A stretch of DNA of 48,642 nt from Vitrella brassicaformis CCMP3155 (lineage: Eukaryota; Protista; Chromerida), in contig CDMY01000575.1 of NCBI GenBank assembly GCA_001179505.1, forward strand, positions 1 to 48,642, given 5' to 3'. The translations under genes were made by a program, and so were the position numbers. The stretch's first letter is position 1, and each line of letters opens with the position of its first letter. Shown here one piece after another: positions 22,500 through 36,790 of the stretch. The notes beneath the pieces were generated by a model. That model saw nothing but the letters and a program-made list of their open reading frames with translations. It was not told the DNA's origin and ran no database searches.

Positions 22500-25400
22500 A
22501 TGCCAACACTCACCGACCATCGTCGTGAGGCTCCCCATGGCCGAAAGGGCTTCCTTCCCAAGCCCCCCAAGACCGATGAAGACCTCATCCGGCGTGTCCG
22601 GCGCGCCATGCACAAGTGGACGCCCCACGAGGTCGGGCCGCAGCAGACAGCCCACGGCCGGCGGAGAGGGGCGCGGGTGCAGCAGAAAGAACCGTCCTAC
22701 ATGCCCGACCTGGCCCTTACCGGCAGCCCCACAAAGAAAACCATCCCATCTGCCACTCAGAAGACGACGTTCGTCACGGAGCTGGATGAGTGGGGCAAGA
22801 CAATGCTTGCTGACGGCGAGGAGCGCGCCAATCCCTTCAGGCCGAGCCGGTCGCGGTATGTGGAGTACTTCAGGGAGTCGGAGGGGCGGGTGGGAGGGCT
22901 GTACCAGAAGCTGGGATGCCTCGCAGAGGCGTCTGCACAGATACGCCACAGGGAGCAGTACATTGATCTGGAAGAATACAGGGTCAACAGGAGGTGAGCA
23001 GGGGGCGCAAGGGTACGCAGAAAGGCTGATTCATGTGTGTGTGAGTGTGTACAGGCCGCGTGGCAAGATGGATGCTATGGAGTTCCTCAACAGGCTGACA
23101 GACACTGAGTTCTTCCTCGAGGTGGTCAACGCCTTCTCAGGCTATCAAAACTTCTTCGAGCAGGTGCGGGAAGGCAGAGCAGAGACAGCAAGAATTCCCC
23201 TCGTCATTCGCGTGACTGTTCTCATGGTTCAGGTCGATTTGGGTCGTGTGGTGCAAGTATGCGAGTACTACACGCGGCTCAAGTCCTTCCTGCTCCGGGT
23301 CATGCAGGTGCTGCACGACATCACCGAGAACGGCTGGGTGTGGACGATCCTCCCACCCACCAAGTTCGACTACAAGGCTCAGAAAAAGGCCACTCAGATC
23401 CTGATGATGGTCCGCGGCCACATGAAGAACGTCTTGAAAGACCTGAAGGGCTCGCTCGAAATCAAGAGCGAGTCCTCGTCGTCAGATGAAGGGGCCGCAG
23501 GAGAGATCGAGAAGAAAGAAGACGACGAGGAGGACATCGATTCTCATGTAGAATTCCTTGCCCAGATCCGCAAGATCGAGGCACTATGGAAACGGCTCCA
23601 CTTCTCCAAGGCCACCAAGCTGGAGGCTGCGTGGGGTGCCGAGGAAGCGTCGATCGGTTTGGGGCTCGCCCTGTCTTTCCTGAGGATCTTCGTCAAGCGG
23701 TGCCTTGCCCTTGAGCCCGCAATCCGCAGCTACTTCGAGCGGCTAATCAGCACCGACAGCATCTTCTCTCTCAAGCTGCTCGAGTCGAAGCACACTGCCG
23801 AGGAGGCTTTGCAGTCCCGCAAGTGCCATTGGTCTATGATTATGGGGCAGTTTGTCGAATGCATCATGAATGAGGTCAGCACAAAAAGCTGCGAAGGATT
23901 CAACACACATCAGCGATATGCTTCCGTCTGTGGCTGCTGGCTCCGCCTGCAGATCCGGAAGGTACAGATTCGTGAAATGGTGCTGCATCAGACGAAGCAG
24001 GGCTACAACATGTCCATGGCACGGGCGTCCCAGATCCTGGAAGACGTCATCGCCCCGCTCGAACTCGGCCTGGAAATCCCCCTAACCGATGTCTCACCGG
24101 CCGCTGATGCTGCAAGGCAGGCGCAGCTACCGCAGGAGGATGGCAAGACGCCGTCTGCCCCTGGTCCCTCGAGACAGGCAACGAACGTGAGCCTCAAGAG
24201 CCAAAGAAGCCAGAAAGGGACGGAGGAAGACGAGACGGTCGAGGTGAAGCCAGCTGAGTCGGAGACAGACGCTGCTGAGCGGGAGCTAGAAGCACTGCTG
24301 GACCAGGCATCTGAAGAAGAGGATCACGAGAGAGACGAAGAGTCATGGGAAGAGAGCACCGAGGAGGAAACCACCGAAGCTGACGATCAGACAAGTGAAG
24401 GTTAGTCACAGATCACGAGGTTAGTGACATAATTCCTCTTGTGTCCACAAACAGCTCTCTCGAGACCGTCGAAGAAGCCAACGGTGACTTTCGCAGAAGC
24501 AGAGGAAAACCAAGCGGCTGACGCCACAACAGAAGACCAGCAAGAAGACGGCACGACGCCGCCCAGCCCTCATGTCAGGGACAAGGCCAAGAAGAGGAGA
24601 CGAAGGCGAAGGAAGCGACAGGCAGAAGATTTTGTTGAAGGCTCCCCTCTCGACAGCTTTCCTCTCGACAGCTTTGAGCGTCTTGACACAGCAGACCAGA
24701 CGCCGCCCAAGCTGAATCTGCCGTTCGTGAGCGAGGAGGAAGATGCCGCAATGGTGGAGTCAAGGATCGGCCAGCTCGAGCAGCAGTATCGCCGACTATT
24801 CCTCATCCGGAGGCGGCTCATGCGCAGGGGGGAAGATGAGCAACAAATCCTGGACAAGTCAGACGCCCAAAGATCAATGGCACCGATGTCACGGGCTGCT
24901 CTGTTGCAGGTTGAAGAAGAGCCATGCGACCACCCGAGAGCGGTTGCTGTCTTTCATATCCGTCAACCGGAAGAAGATCGTGTACGTACTGGCATCAATA
25001 CATATACATCAACATACATGTATACGAGACAGCGTCTCATCTGTCTCTCCCTCTTGTGTTGCAGGCTGATGCCGAGTCTCCAGCGGCGCGTGGAGCGGCT
25101 ACGCAATCTGACTCTCGATGGCGTGCTTGCCTACAAGGAAGACCTCGAAGACAGCAAAGAGGCCGCGGGGGGAAAGGACGAGTATGATGACCCTGGACGG
25201 CTCACCGAGAAAGGCACAGGCATCACGTGGGACGGTGTCGATGAGATCAAGGGCGAGAGCCGACTCATGCACATGGTCAGGATCATGAAGCGCACATCAG
25301 CCAACCTCGTCAACGGCGCACGAGCGTACAATGGCACGTTCCTCACACTGCGAGCAGCACAGGTTGGCTGACCGAGCAACCACAGACAAGCACAAGGCAA

Positions 25401-28400
25401 CGTGAGTGAATCACATCCTTCTGCGTATGACAGAAAGAATTGAAGGAGCTGTTGCGTGTGGAGGTGGCGGGCGAAATGACGCAGGCAGTGCAGAACCGCA
25501 TTGAGACGATCCGCGAATACATGTGCAAGAGAGTGCGGTCCATGCGACTATACGGCCTCCCGTCCCTCTTCGCCTCAGCACGGAAGAGCCTGCAGGCCGC
25601 GCTAAGGCGCATGTCAATCGAGTCTGCAGGCGGCACCCCCTCTGCCAAGAGCAGGAGGGAACAAGAGCGGCTGCGAGCGATGAAAGGCGAGGCTCTGAGG
25701 CGAAGATATCAGCTGCTGACGAGGTGAGCACAAGAGCACTTGGTCGAAGAAGGCCAGAATCATTGTGAGTCGCTCCTGTCAGAGCGAAGGAGCTATTTCT
25801 GCGAGAGTTCGACAGGATGGAGTGCGACATATCGTGGGAGGTCGACCCGACTGTGAGCGATCGGCTGGCATGTTTGGAGAGCCAGGTGGCTTCCTCAATG
25901 AAGATGCGCACTGCCCTGCTCGAGGCAATGGGCGACTTGCGTGTCAATCTGGCGAACGAGAAGAAACAGGCCATCAAGTACGAGTACAGCATCAACGACA
26001 AGAAGCAGCAGCTGATACAAAGACACGAATGGGCGGTGCTGCTCCACGAGGGGCTCACGCAGGCAGGAGTGCCTTTCATATTCAACGCTGAGACATTCAA
26101 ATATGAGGTATGCGACACGCACGAGACACAGCGGACATTTTTATTGTGCGTTTTCTCTTGAATGTTTGCTTCCAGTCGTCTGTTGTGTTTGGTGAGGCTG
26201 AGCTGACATACTATTCCAAGCGTTCGCAGGAACTCAAAGCCCTGTTCAAGGCCTTCATCCGCTCGCAGACGGCGCCGCCTGACCGCCCAGAAAGCCCAAG
26301 CGAGGCTGCGTTCTCTCTCCAGTCAGCCAACCAGTGTGCTGTGCTGAAGAAGAAACACTCTCGACCTCTGCATTTGTGTCTTTGTGTCTAGGCCGATTTG
26401 CCACGTCCCAAACTTGATCGATCCCTCGTGGATTGCGGAGCTCCAGACCGACATCAATGCACACATTGAAGACACAAAGGTCCGCTAGCACTAAGCCATC
26501 CAGTGGAAGAGTCATCACTTCACTCCTCTGCTTGCTTTATCTTTACACAGAATCACATGCGTCAGCAGAGGGAGTTTGCAGCGATGCGTAGGGAGCGAGG
26601 TGATTCCTACTCGTCCAGTGCAGCACTCGAATCGGCCTGGGTAGACATCCATTCATGGCGCGCACATGCATCAATCGTCACTTCGCCTGTTCTTCCAGGT
26701 CCAGCCCCGGAAAAAGCTGCTCAAGATGGTGGTGGGTGGCCTGGCCAGGCTTCACTCCGAGTGGCTCAAGGTCTCGCGCAAACGATGGAGAATCGCTGAC
26801 ATTGCGGTAATGAAAGCGACACATCTTTGAATTGATCTCGCTCGTCCGTCCCTTCATCTGGCAGACACGACGCTTTCTTGGCCGCCTCATCTATCTGAGC
26901 CATCTCAACAACAAGGGCTATGTTAAGCGAAAGCTGGAGGGTTTCCCCCACGGCGTCAGGGTGATGAAACGGAGCGACAGCGCCACGTTCTTGCCGCTGC
27001 GCCGCACGCGGACGATGGCCTTCCGGGCAGACGCGGACATGTCACGGGCATCATCAAGGGAATCATCCGCCAGCTCCTCCACTGGCATGCGATTGAAGAG
27101 AAGCAAAACCAGCGCCGTCATCGTCGATGAATCGTATGCCCTCTCAAGACATACATGCGTTCATCGCACCACACTGGGTATGAGATGCTTCTTGCGTCGA
27201 TGTGTGTCAGAGAGAAGGCTAAGTGGTCGCGTCATTTCCAGACCACTGAAGGACGGGAGGAGGTTGAGAGCGCGGCGGCGGAGGACAGAAAGCAGGCGGC
27301 CAAATCATCACGTCTGATTCCATCGTCGAAAGGTCGCAAGGGCGAGTGGCTGTCAGAGCTGAGGAAGATCAAGGCGATGACGCGCTTGATTATCCGCCGC
27401 CGGCCATCAGAAGTGCAAGCCATACAGGAAGCCCAGCAGGCGCGGAACGAGGAGGTACGCATGTCTCCTTCCTGTCTCGATTTCTTCGTATCGTTGTCTG
27501 TGCCACGAACAGGAGAAGGCCAAGTACCGGAACGACAACGAAATGCTGCGACAGCGACTCCAGGACCTTGAGAACCTCATGCAGCTTCAGGACGCTGCAT
27601 ACCAGAAGAGGTTCGGCAAGCTGCGAGCCACAGCTAAGGTCGCCGTCGCAGCCGTCAACGTGCTCGCTCCCCGGACATCAGATGACATCAGCCCCCGACA
27701 GAGACCCCTCCCAGAAACCAGCCCTCGGCAGACGGAGTCCGAGTCACGAGAAGAAACGCCAGAAAGGCAGCCAATTGATGAGGAGGTCGATCAGGCCATC
27801 ATGCGCCGGCTGTCTGTCCAACCCGTCTCTTCATCAAGCAGCCGAGGCACGCGCTCTTCGAGAGAAGCACGTGAGCTGTCTCCACGCAGCCCGTCATCCT
27901 CCAAAAGCTCATCAGCATCCGACCATGCTAGCCGCGGGAAGGAGGCGGGAAGTGGCGACGCTGAGACAGGGCCTGCACCAGAAGCTGGTCGCAGCAGTGC
28001 GGAAGTGGAAGGCGAGAGGTCCCCCAAGGCATTGAGGCAGTCGGCTCCTGAGATTCGCCATTCCCCTCGAGCGTCTTCGTCCGAGCATCGTCCTGACAGA
28101 CGCGCGAGCTCCAACTCGTCGTCAGCCTCTAGACGATCGGTGGTAGGAGGCGGACTGGGCTACCAGCCGACAGCAGGCGTCAAGACGGTGGACATCAGCA
28201 TGATGAAGCAGCTTCGGATGGTGGGAGCGGCCCCGGAGCGGATCATGGAAGTGGTGCTGGGTCGGCGAGAAGTGCGGCGCGGAGTCATGGACGTAAGGAA
28301 GGCACGAAAGCTCAACAAGGCGATGCATCGATACCTGGCAACGCGCTTCGAGCTGCTTAAGAAGCTGGTCCTGGTGCACGGGTCGGCGCATCTTGTGGAG

Positions 28401-31400
28401 GTCCTCTGTGGGCTTGTCGGCCCGGAGACTCTCAAGACAGAGAAGGCGATGAAGGAAGAGCGGAACAGGCTTGCCGCCACATTAAAGACGATGGAGAACC
28501 TGATCAAGTGAGGCAGCTTTGCCAATCAGCCTTTCCATGTCGCGGATCTCTTGTGTCTGTTCGCATACAGCTTTTGGCGCGATCGTGTGGCTCACGTGGC
28601 GGAGAGCACCCGCCAGCGGCGCACACTGATGGGGGCGCTTGCCAGGACCCAAAAGGAGCAGACCCACCTGTACGCCATGGACGAAGCTTACCAGATGCTC
28701 GTCAGCTCAGCCGCAGGTCCCAGCCTACTGTCGTCCTCTCTCGGCTCGTCGATGCCCACGACCTTCCGTCAGTCCGTGTGGCTACAAAATGAGATCTTCA
28801 AGCCCCGTGCAGCTGGAAGAACTGGCGGACCGGGTGTGGCGGCCCTGAACACTGACCTGATGCTCTTCCCGGGCATGGCCCGGCCTGGCAGTGCGCGCGA
28901 TGTCAGAGCAGAGACGCCTCCCGAGATGATGCGGCGTAGCTCCGGAGGCAGCAGCTCCGCCTCGAGCTCTGCCGATGGAGACATGGACAAGGAGGCGTCA
29001 GTCAAGAGGCGAGGCACGAAATTGTGGGCTGACCTCCGCCTACAAGCGATGATGGAGGACAAGACCATCGTAGAGACTTTGCAGGCATCTGCGGGACAGT
29101 ACACAAACGACGAGCTGCTCACGCTCATCTCTACTCTCTCTTCGCTGCCTCGTGCAGCCGCTGCTACGGGCATCTCCCTGTCAAAGCGCGCCTCTCTCCA
29201 GCAGTTCATTGCAGAAGCCCATGCTGTTCTCGTTTCTCGCGTGAGGCAGCAGGGTGGTGAGGCCAGGGGCCTCGTTAGGTCCTACAGTTATGACGACCTC
29301 TCCCCAGCCATGAGACCTCAGAGGGCCACCCCTACCCCTCCAGTCACAGTGCATGGTCCGAGAGCACCACCCGACGACACGATGTCAAGAGGCATGGGTA
29401 GGGGGCGTCCCAGAGTGCGCCGCGGGGGGGCGTTGGCTGCTGCCATTCGTGAAAGGCGGCTGGAAGATGGAGCGGAGGACGTTGGAATCGTCCGTATGCT
29501 GGGAGAGGGGAGAGACGACGCGGTCAAAGAGGTGGGCTGATCGAGGGGAGAGCCTTCCTACTGGTTGGCCTCACGTGTTGTGTGCTTTCAGGTTTCTGGT
29601 GGTATGTCTCGCAAGGAGATGCTCGCAATCATGAGACGGAGTCGAGCCGAGGGCGCTCAAGGAGCTGAAGCTGCGGATATGGAGGTGGAGGCTCTTGCTG
29701 TCTCGGGTGGGAGGGACCTCCCTACAGACCATCCCAAACCCAAATCCCCTCCAAAGCTCAAACGCGGGTAGACATTCACGCCGAAACAAAGGCCACAAAC
29801 ACTTCCTACCTGCCTGTGCTCGCGAATTTAGTGAGACGACCGTGAAGATGCTCCGACAAGAGAAGTCTCGGCGTGAGGGATGGAGGTCGGGCTCTCGCAC
29901 GCCTTCATCCTCTTCTTCCTACTCGTCAGCATCGTCGTCGTCTGGGTCCTCGTCGTCGGCGTCCGCTTCGTCGCGGCGAAAGAAGAAACGCTTGAAGAAG
30001 CGGGGCACTGTCGTGGTCGATGAATCGGAGCAGGTATCGGACGCCACTGGCGATAAGACCAAGATAACGGAGAGATTACGGGAGAGGGTGAGAATTCTGG
30101 AAGAGGACTTGGAAGAAGAATTCAGACTCGTAAGCGGGGAAAGATGCTTCTTTTCAATACATCAAAGCGTGTCCCGCATAATCATGATATCACGTATTCA
30201 GGAGAAGGAGGAAAATCCCGTTCTGATGTCCCGCCGTATCCTTATGAGCCTCGGCAAGAAGAAGCGGAGGAAGAAGGCCAAGAAGAAAGCTTCCCACCTG
30301 GTACCCCAGGCCGACGTCGTCCTCGCAGAGCAGATCGCCGACCTGGAGGCCAAGCACGGCACGGCAACGGCACCTGCCTCGCCCGTCATGCCCTCTCGGG
30401 GGCTGGGCAGCGAAGGGACGCTCACGACCGACTTCAGCGACACCGTGAGCAACGTATCTAGCATGGGACCGAGGCGCGGAGACGCCTCTTTCCGCAGTGT
30501 CATGGCCAAAAGACGTGCATCTCGCCGAGTGGCATTGCAAAAGATGCTCGCCGCCCCTCCGGAGAGGATATTTGAGGAAGAGAGTGAGGGCATTGCGTCG
30601 AGCGCCATCTCCGAATCGAGCCGATCGGTCGGCGTGCCTTCACAGCTAGCGTCGGAGCAACCCATGTTCGAGGTCCGAGGCCATGGGTCCTCCAGTGCTG
30701 AAGACAGCGACGAGAGCCCCTCGAACCGTGTCAAGTCTGAGCGAAAGGTGCAAATGCTGCAGAGCCACGGCACCATGGTGCCCAGCGCTGGCCCGAAGAA
30801 GCAACCCATGCGTGTCAAGTTCGGCAAGACCCAGATGTTTGGCGGTGATGAGGGACCAATCGAGCTATCGTCGACAAAAGCAGCACCGTTCCAGCGTGGC
30901 TCATCAGCGGAAGAGAAGCTTGACACGCAGAGTGTGGACGTGCACGTCGAGAAGGAGGAGACAGACAAGAGCCGCATTTTCACGGGGAGCGCGGTCCAGA
31001 TGCGTCGCCAAATGCGGAGGATGGACACGCCGAAGGCGATGGTGGACTTGCTCGAAGGCGGAAAAGTGCCGATTGCGGACGCGTCGGGGCGAAGAGCCAG
31101 CATCACCGTCATGCACGCGCCACCGGCAGCAGAAGCTCCCGCCCCCGACGAGCAGTCACCTATGCAACGCGGCGGGTCGATGTGTGTTCTCACTCCCACA
31201 GCAGGCAAGGCACCGGTGGTTGCAGCCCCTCCTTCAGAGAGCGAAGCCGCGTCGGAGATCCTAATGGACTCGGGTTACCGGCGACGCCCTCTAAGAGTGC
31301 GGCTCCGCAAGCGGCCCAGGCAGGTGCGGGAGGCCCTCGTCCCGCCATCCAATCTCCTGTCTGAGTCGCTGCCCGTGAGTGATTCTGAGGCCATGCCACT

Positions 31401-33432
31401 GACCAGGCGGCAGAGGGCATCACTGCTCGGCTGGCTGGGACGAAGGGGCCTGAGGGGCCAGGCGACACGGGACATTCTGCCTGGCGGCTTCTACCTGCCG
31501 CACGCTGCCGAGGTCCGACGACGGAGGCGGGCGGCGAGGCAGCGCAAGATGAGAAGGAGCGTGAGGGAAGACAAAGAAAAGGCAGAGGCGCCGCCGTTCA
31601 TCCGTCGGCTCGGAGACACAGACGAGGGAGACGAGATGGCCGCACCAATACAGAAGACAGTCGTTCGGGAGCCAGCGAGGGCCCCGCAACCACCTCAAGA
31701 GACACAGGATGTCGGTGGCCTGATCGAAGTTATCAAATCGGGTGTTCCCTCGATGAAGACCAAGCAGTCGCCCCGGCCGTCCCCTCTGATGCAGCCCCAG
31801 GAGCCCCTCTCCTCAGCCGAAGGCCCGCGGCCCCTGTCCGTCCACCTGTCGTCTTCCGAGGGCCCTCGTCCGGCAGCCCGGAGCACGGCGGCACAGCCGA
31901 CATCGATCGCCAAGCTTCTTGCGTCGGGGTGGCTGCTCAGAACTGAGTTGGTGTCCGTTCCACCTGCTCCGCTGCCCGTGAGCTTGCCATCAGCGGCACA
32001 CCAGCACATGCTGAGGAACCTAGCAGCTGAGATACAACGGGTGGCTCCTGTCCGGGAGGAGAGAGAACAGATCGTGGAGCAGGATGGAGCGACACTCTCG
32101 CCCATCGCTGGCAAAGGACTCGGCGTCTCGAGGTCTCCACCGCGAGTGCGCCAGCAGAAAAGACGAAAAACAGAAATCGCTGCCACGCCTCGTGCTTCGA
32201 TCGAGTTGCAGCCTCCCTCCCTCCTCGAGCCGGCCCTCTACGCCCAATCAGTCGAGCCACAACCCAAACGAGTTGGTCATCCTCTTCGGCAGTTCACCAC
32301 GGCTGTCATCCCTGCCCATGATGACGAGGACACCTCCTACCTCACCCCTCTGAAGCAGCAGCGGCACTTGCGAGGATGGCGCGTGTCGTTCCTGCAGCAC
32401 ACGCCTGTGAAGGGGACATGGGGCATGAGCGAGATAGAGAAGGAGCGGCTTTTGCTGCCACCGATAGCTACGATGCGCAAGAGACGAGACAGGAGGAGCA
32501 GGACCAAAGAATGGACGGGTGGCGTCGGCCTCTTTCCCTCTAAGAAGCGAATGCGAGCCCTCGACTTCTGTCCCCCCCTCAACACAGAGTCTGACCATGA
32601 GAAAGACCTGTTGCTGGATTTGCAACGGAAGGCAGAGGAGCCGCCGCAATCGTCATCAGCCGACGAGACAGCGGTCTCGCCTCTGAAACGTCGACATCGT
32701 GGCGAGGGCGTGAGCAGAGCTTTGGCAAGGCATGTGGTGACTCCTGCTACCGCGGCCCCGCTTGCCGATTCCTTCAATGCTGTCGGCCCCACGGCAACAT
32801 CACTCTATGTGCCGCCCCCGAAGGCCGCCACACAGAAGCCGCCACCAATGAACACGGACGAAGCCAATCCTGCGCCGGCAGCAGATGTGCACCAGCAGCC
32901 CCCCACTCGTGTGAGCGACGATCCCTACTTGTTCATGAGCCTGGACATCGCAGGCATGCGGCCGCCAGTGACAGAGCCTCCTCTAGACCAATCACCCAAG
33001 AAGCGACGCGAGAGACGTAAGAGCCCATCAGTGAGGACAGAAGCGCCTCCCCCACGGAATCAACAACAGGCCGACATGGGCATCCCGGAAGCTTCGACTC
33101 TGCAGCCGATCCCGGAGCAGCCCCAGGAAGAAGCAAAGGACATGAACATCAAAGATGAGCAACAGCGGGAGAAGAAGAGGAGACACAAGAAAGAGACGAG
33201 AGAGGCGTCCCGCCAGTCCGGCAACAGATCGGCGACCAGTGAGAGATCAACTCAACAGCGGAAGAAGGTTGGGACGCCGGCGACGCCCGACGAGCGGGCC
33301 GAGTCTCGCTCGTCGGCGTCTTCATCGTCAGCCAACGTGCAGTCGATGCCTGGTGTGATTGTGGGCAACAAGGGGTCATGGGTGTCGCCTGCATCCACCG
33401 GGGAGACGTTCAAGCCGGCCACAACCAGATAG
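22500..33432 (+). CDS. Very large (~3,200 aa, ~19 exons) hypothetical protein: coiled-coil N-terminal half, low-complexity S/R/P/E-rich C-terminal half
   Basis: I could join all consecutive exons in frame through canonical GT-AG introns, from ATG 22500 (MPTLTDHRR...) to TAG 33430-33432. The terminal exon is ~3.2 kb. No catalytic motif recognised. Confidence 0.65.
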
Positions 33433-33794
33433 ACAAACGGGCAATGGGTGTGGGGGTGTATGGTATGGTGTGCGTGGTGTGGTGTGGTGTGGTGTGTGTC
33501 CATGCGTGGTTTGGACTCAGTCTCACACAGCATCACAGCTGTTATGTCATTCTTCTCCCTCCCCATGTGGGTTGATGTGATGGTTAATGCACCAACTGTT
33601 CTTGTAGCTAGCACCCACCGTCCTTGCCTGGACAACATGTACGTATCCCTGGACTCACTCCTGCAGTGTAGGTGTCATACAAGTACACACTTAAACGTCT
33701 ATCTGGGCCATCTCCCCACGACATGACATAGCTCTCAAAAAACATATATAGCTCATAGATCCATCAGAACCTTCCAACTCTCTCTGCGCATCAC

Positions 33795-36790
33795 TCAGTC
33801 AGTCGTGGGCGTGTCAGTCAAGACATATTGCTGTCCGCCAACCCACACACCCCTCACACGCGCTTCCAGTATGCTGCGCCACGAGTGCGACGATATGTCG
33901 CAATCAAGCACTGCCACACGCACATAGAGACAGAGAAACAGACCGATCAACCGAGTGCGAGTGATCCGTGTGCCTACCCTACCGGTCAGGTCGGCTGCGT
34001 ATCCTGGCTTGATGTGTCCCAGCAGCACGGATGGCGGAGGGGCAGTCTGATCGTCTGTGCGCGAGGCGAACGCACCGCCGATGGTGTAGAGCGCCAGAGC
34101 CTCGTCGAACGTCAGACGCTCCTGCGTCACACACACAGATACACACATGCCCTCCCTGCCACGAGTGGTTTGTTCGTCGCCTTAGGCAGGCAGGCAGTTA
34201 CCTCAGGGCGAAACGTGTCATTTTCGGAAGGGACGGGCGGGAGCTGCCCCTGTGGTTGTGTTGTCACTCGTGAAGAGAGTGGGTAGACGTGTTGGGTGGG
34301 TCGGTAGATGGCGTCGAGTATGCCTTTCAATGGGCTGAAGTGCTCGATCGGGCTGTCGCTCCCACCTGATGCATGGAGCCGAGCCGTCCGTCCATCCATC
34401 CATCCATCCATCCATGACACACACAGACAAAGCAAGAGGGGCATCTGCGTGCACTCCCTGACTTACCGGAACATGGGATGCCGCCGTCCATGATGGTCTT
34501 CCACACATAGGCGTACTCGAGTGCCTCGCCGCCCACAACCTTGTCAACCCATGACGCATCCGTCGGCACAAATGGCGGCTGCATACATTTGCGCAATCGT
34601 GTGGGTGGAGATACACACATACATACACAAGGGCGATTGTGGGTGGGTTGTCTTGCTCACTGACCTGTATGTTCCCAATGACGCCGAGCCGCTTCATTTT
34701 GTCAATGAGGTCCCTGCCTAGCAGTTGGCAGTGAGTCAGCACGGGCCGCATGGAGGGAGGCACCCCCGCCCGATCAAATGCATCCAACACCTACAGACAG
34801 GCACACCAGATACCCTCCCTCGACCTGTGTCTTCACTACCCCTCCAGCTGTCTCTTCGGCTGACCTCTTCAGCCGCCCTATCGCCTATGGCGTGTACCTC
34901 CAGCCGCAGACCACACAAACTGCATTCGCATGCACCAAATACACACACGGGCGCACTTCGAGAAGCCAGCGAAATCTCCTGAACACACAACTCCCTCACG
35001 TGGCCAGCTCGAATCGCCTCTGCAGCTCGTCTGGGGTCTCGATGAGGATGCCCCTCCCGCCCTGATCCGTTCCATTGGCCGCGTGCGCCTGCCAGGGCGT
35101 CTCCACATCGCTGTGGCCCGCCGGGCTGCCCGTGGTCTCATTGGTGGTGGTGCCCGTCTTATAAGGCTGCCGCACAGCCGCCGTCTTGGCGCCCAGGGAC
35201 CCGTCAGCGAACACCTTGACTCGATCGCAGGACACTCGCGAGTGCACGGAAGGGCCCTGGTGTGACAGGCAACTCAACCAACGGAGGGATGCAGGAAGAC
35301 CGGCAGGGAACGAGGCGCAATGCTTACGCGGACATTGAGCTGGGTCCTGAGCAGCTCTTGTCGGTCGCTGTCGTTCATCGTCCGAGCATACTGGAGCACC
35401 TCCTCAGTGGACGGTCCCTCTGAGCCCATATGCTTGGCAAACGCCTGGATCAGATCCTCAAACATGACCGTGTGGAACACACTGGCCAGCAGGACAGGAA
35501 GCAGGACAGCAGCCACGTCCACACGACACGAGATCAGTTGTGTGTACCTTCGCCTACCGAATGGGGAGTCGTTTCGCCGCCTCCAGCCTTCTGTAAAGCT
35601 CGACAGCGTCGCCATCGTTGGACTGGACGGCCGTTAGGCCGGTGCGGGCCATCTCCTCCAGCGCACTCGATATGAACTCCATCCGCACCTCGTCCGACTC
35701 AGCCAGCGCATAACTTGTCACCTGCACACACATGGCGCCACACACACCATGCCATGCAGAGCACTCACTACTGCTGCCGTGTCGGTCGGTATGATCGGTA
35801 TGAGGAGCCCGCACCCACCAGGCTATAAGCCGGTTCCTCATAGAAGAGCCCATCAGGGGTGCCGTCGTCATAGAGGCCCACCCGGCCGCCGTCCACTTTG
35901 CCCCAGCTGTCGACTTGGTCCAGCGGCAGGTTGGCGGCCCTGAGGCCGGCCGTGTTGGTGACGGCGACGTGGAAACAGGCGCGATAGAGGAAGACCGGTC
36001 TGTCTGGGACGTACTTGTCGATGTCCTTCCTCGTCGGCATGCGCCTCTCTTTCAGCGATTCCTGAGCCCACCCTGAGCCCACGATCCACGCACGATTCGG
36101 GTGGCTGACAGACAGACAGACAGACAGACAGAAGAGGTACATGTGGGTGGGTAAGTAGGTGTTTCTATCCACCTTATTTACCTCTCTGCGAATTGTTTGC
36201 ATCGCTGGCCGATGTCGTCGATGGATGTGGTGTTGGCCAAGTCCACACTGCTGCGCTTCGCACCCGTCATCTCGACGTGAATGTGGCTGTCATGCAAACC
36301 TGAACACCACACACACACACGCACGCACGCACACACACAGGCATCCATAGCACTCTGAGATAGACCTGTGTACCTGGCACCGCATAAGCCCCTTGCAGGT
36401 CCACCACACGAGCGCCATCCTCAGGCCCAACACCATGCCCGTCGTCCGCCTCGACCGCCTTGATAAGTCCATCTTGCACCAACACACGGTTGCGACGGAA
36501 GGCGCCCTTGAATGGCATCGAAGATGACTCCCACTCCCAGATGTGACCTCCCACCAGCCAGGCGGCGGCCGTGCTGTCCGATGTATTCACGCAGGGGGAG
36601 GCAAGGTCGCACTCGGGGATAAACTGAGTCACTTGGGCAGCGGCGTTATGAAGCTGCCGACACCCATCCATCCATCTCAGTCAGATGAAAGCGTTGACCT
36701 CATTTCATTGAGTGATGCTATCGACAGCTTGCTTACGAAGAGGGAAAGCGCCACAAGACCTTTGGCATCTGCCGAGCGCAGATTCATCAT
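33795..36790 (-). CDS. YtcJ/LAF3-like metal-dependent amidohydrolase (Amidohydro_3 family); multi-exon, start uncertain
   Basis: VDLQGAYAVP|GLHDSHIH (HxH), WIVGSGW, RACFHVAVTNTAGL, VKVFADGSLGAKTAA, EVHAIGDRA, LTHCQ, GGSDSPIE, ERLTFDEALALYTIGGAF, GHIKPGYAADL|VLD, VWVGG; stop at 33795. Confidence 0.9.

Noticed and set aside
30198-31208. 336-aa minus-strand ORF (and similar long antisense ORFs at 7276-8328 and 13016-14119)
   Set aside because: These are shadow or intron-spanning frames expected at high GC. They contain translated microsatellites (CVCV, THTH) or mirror the real gene.
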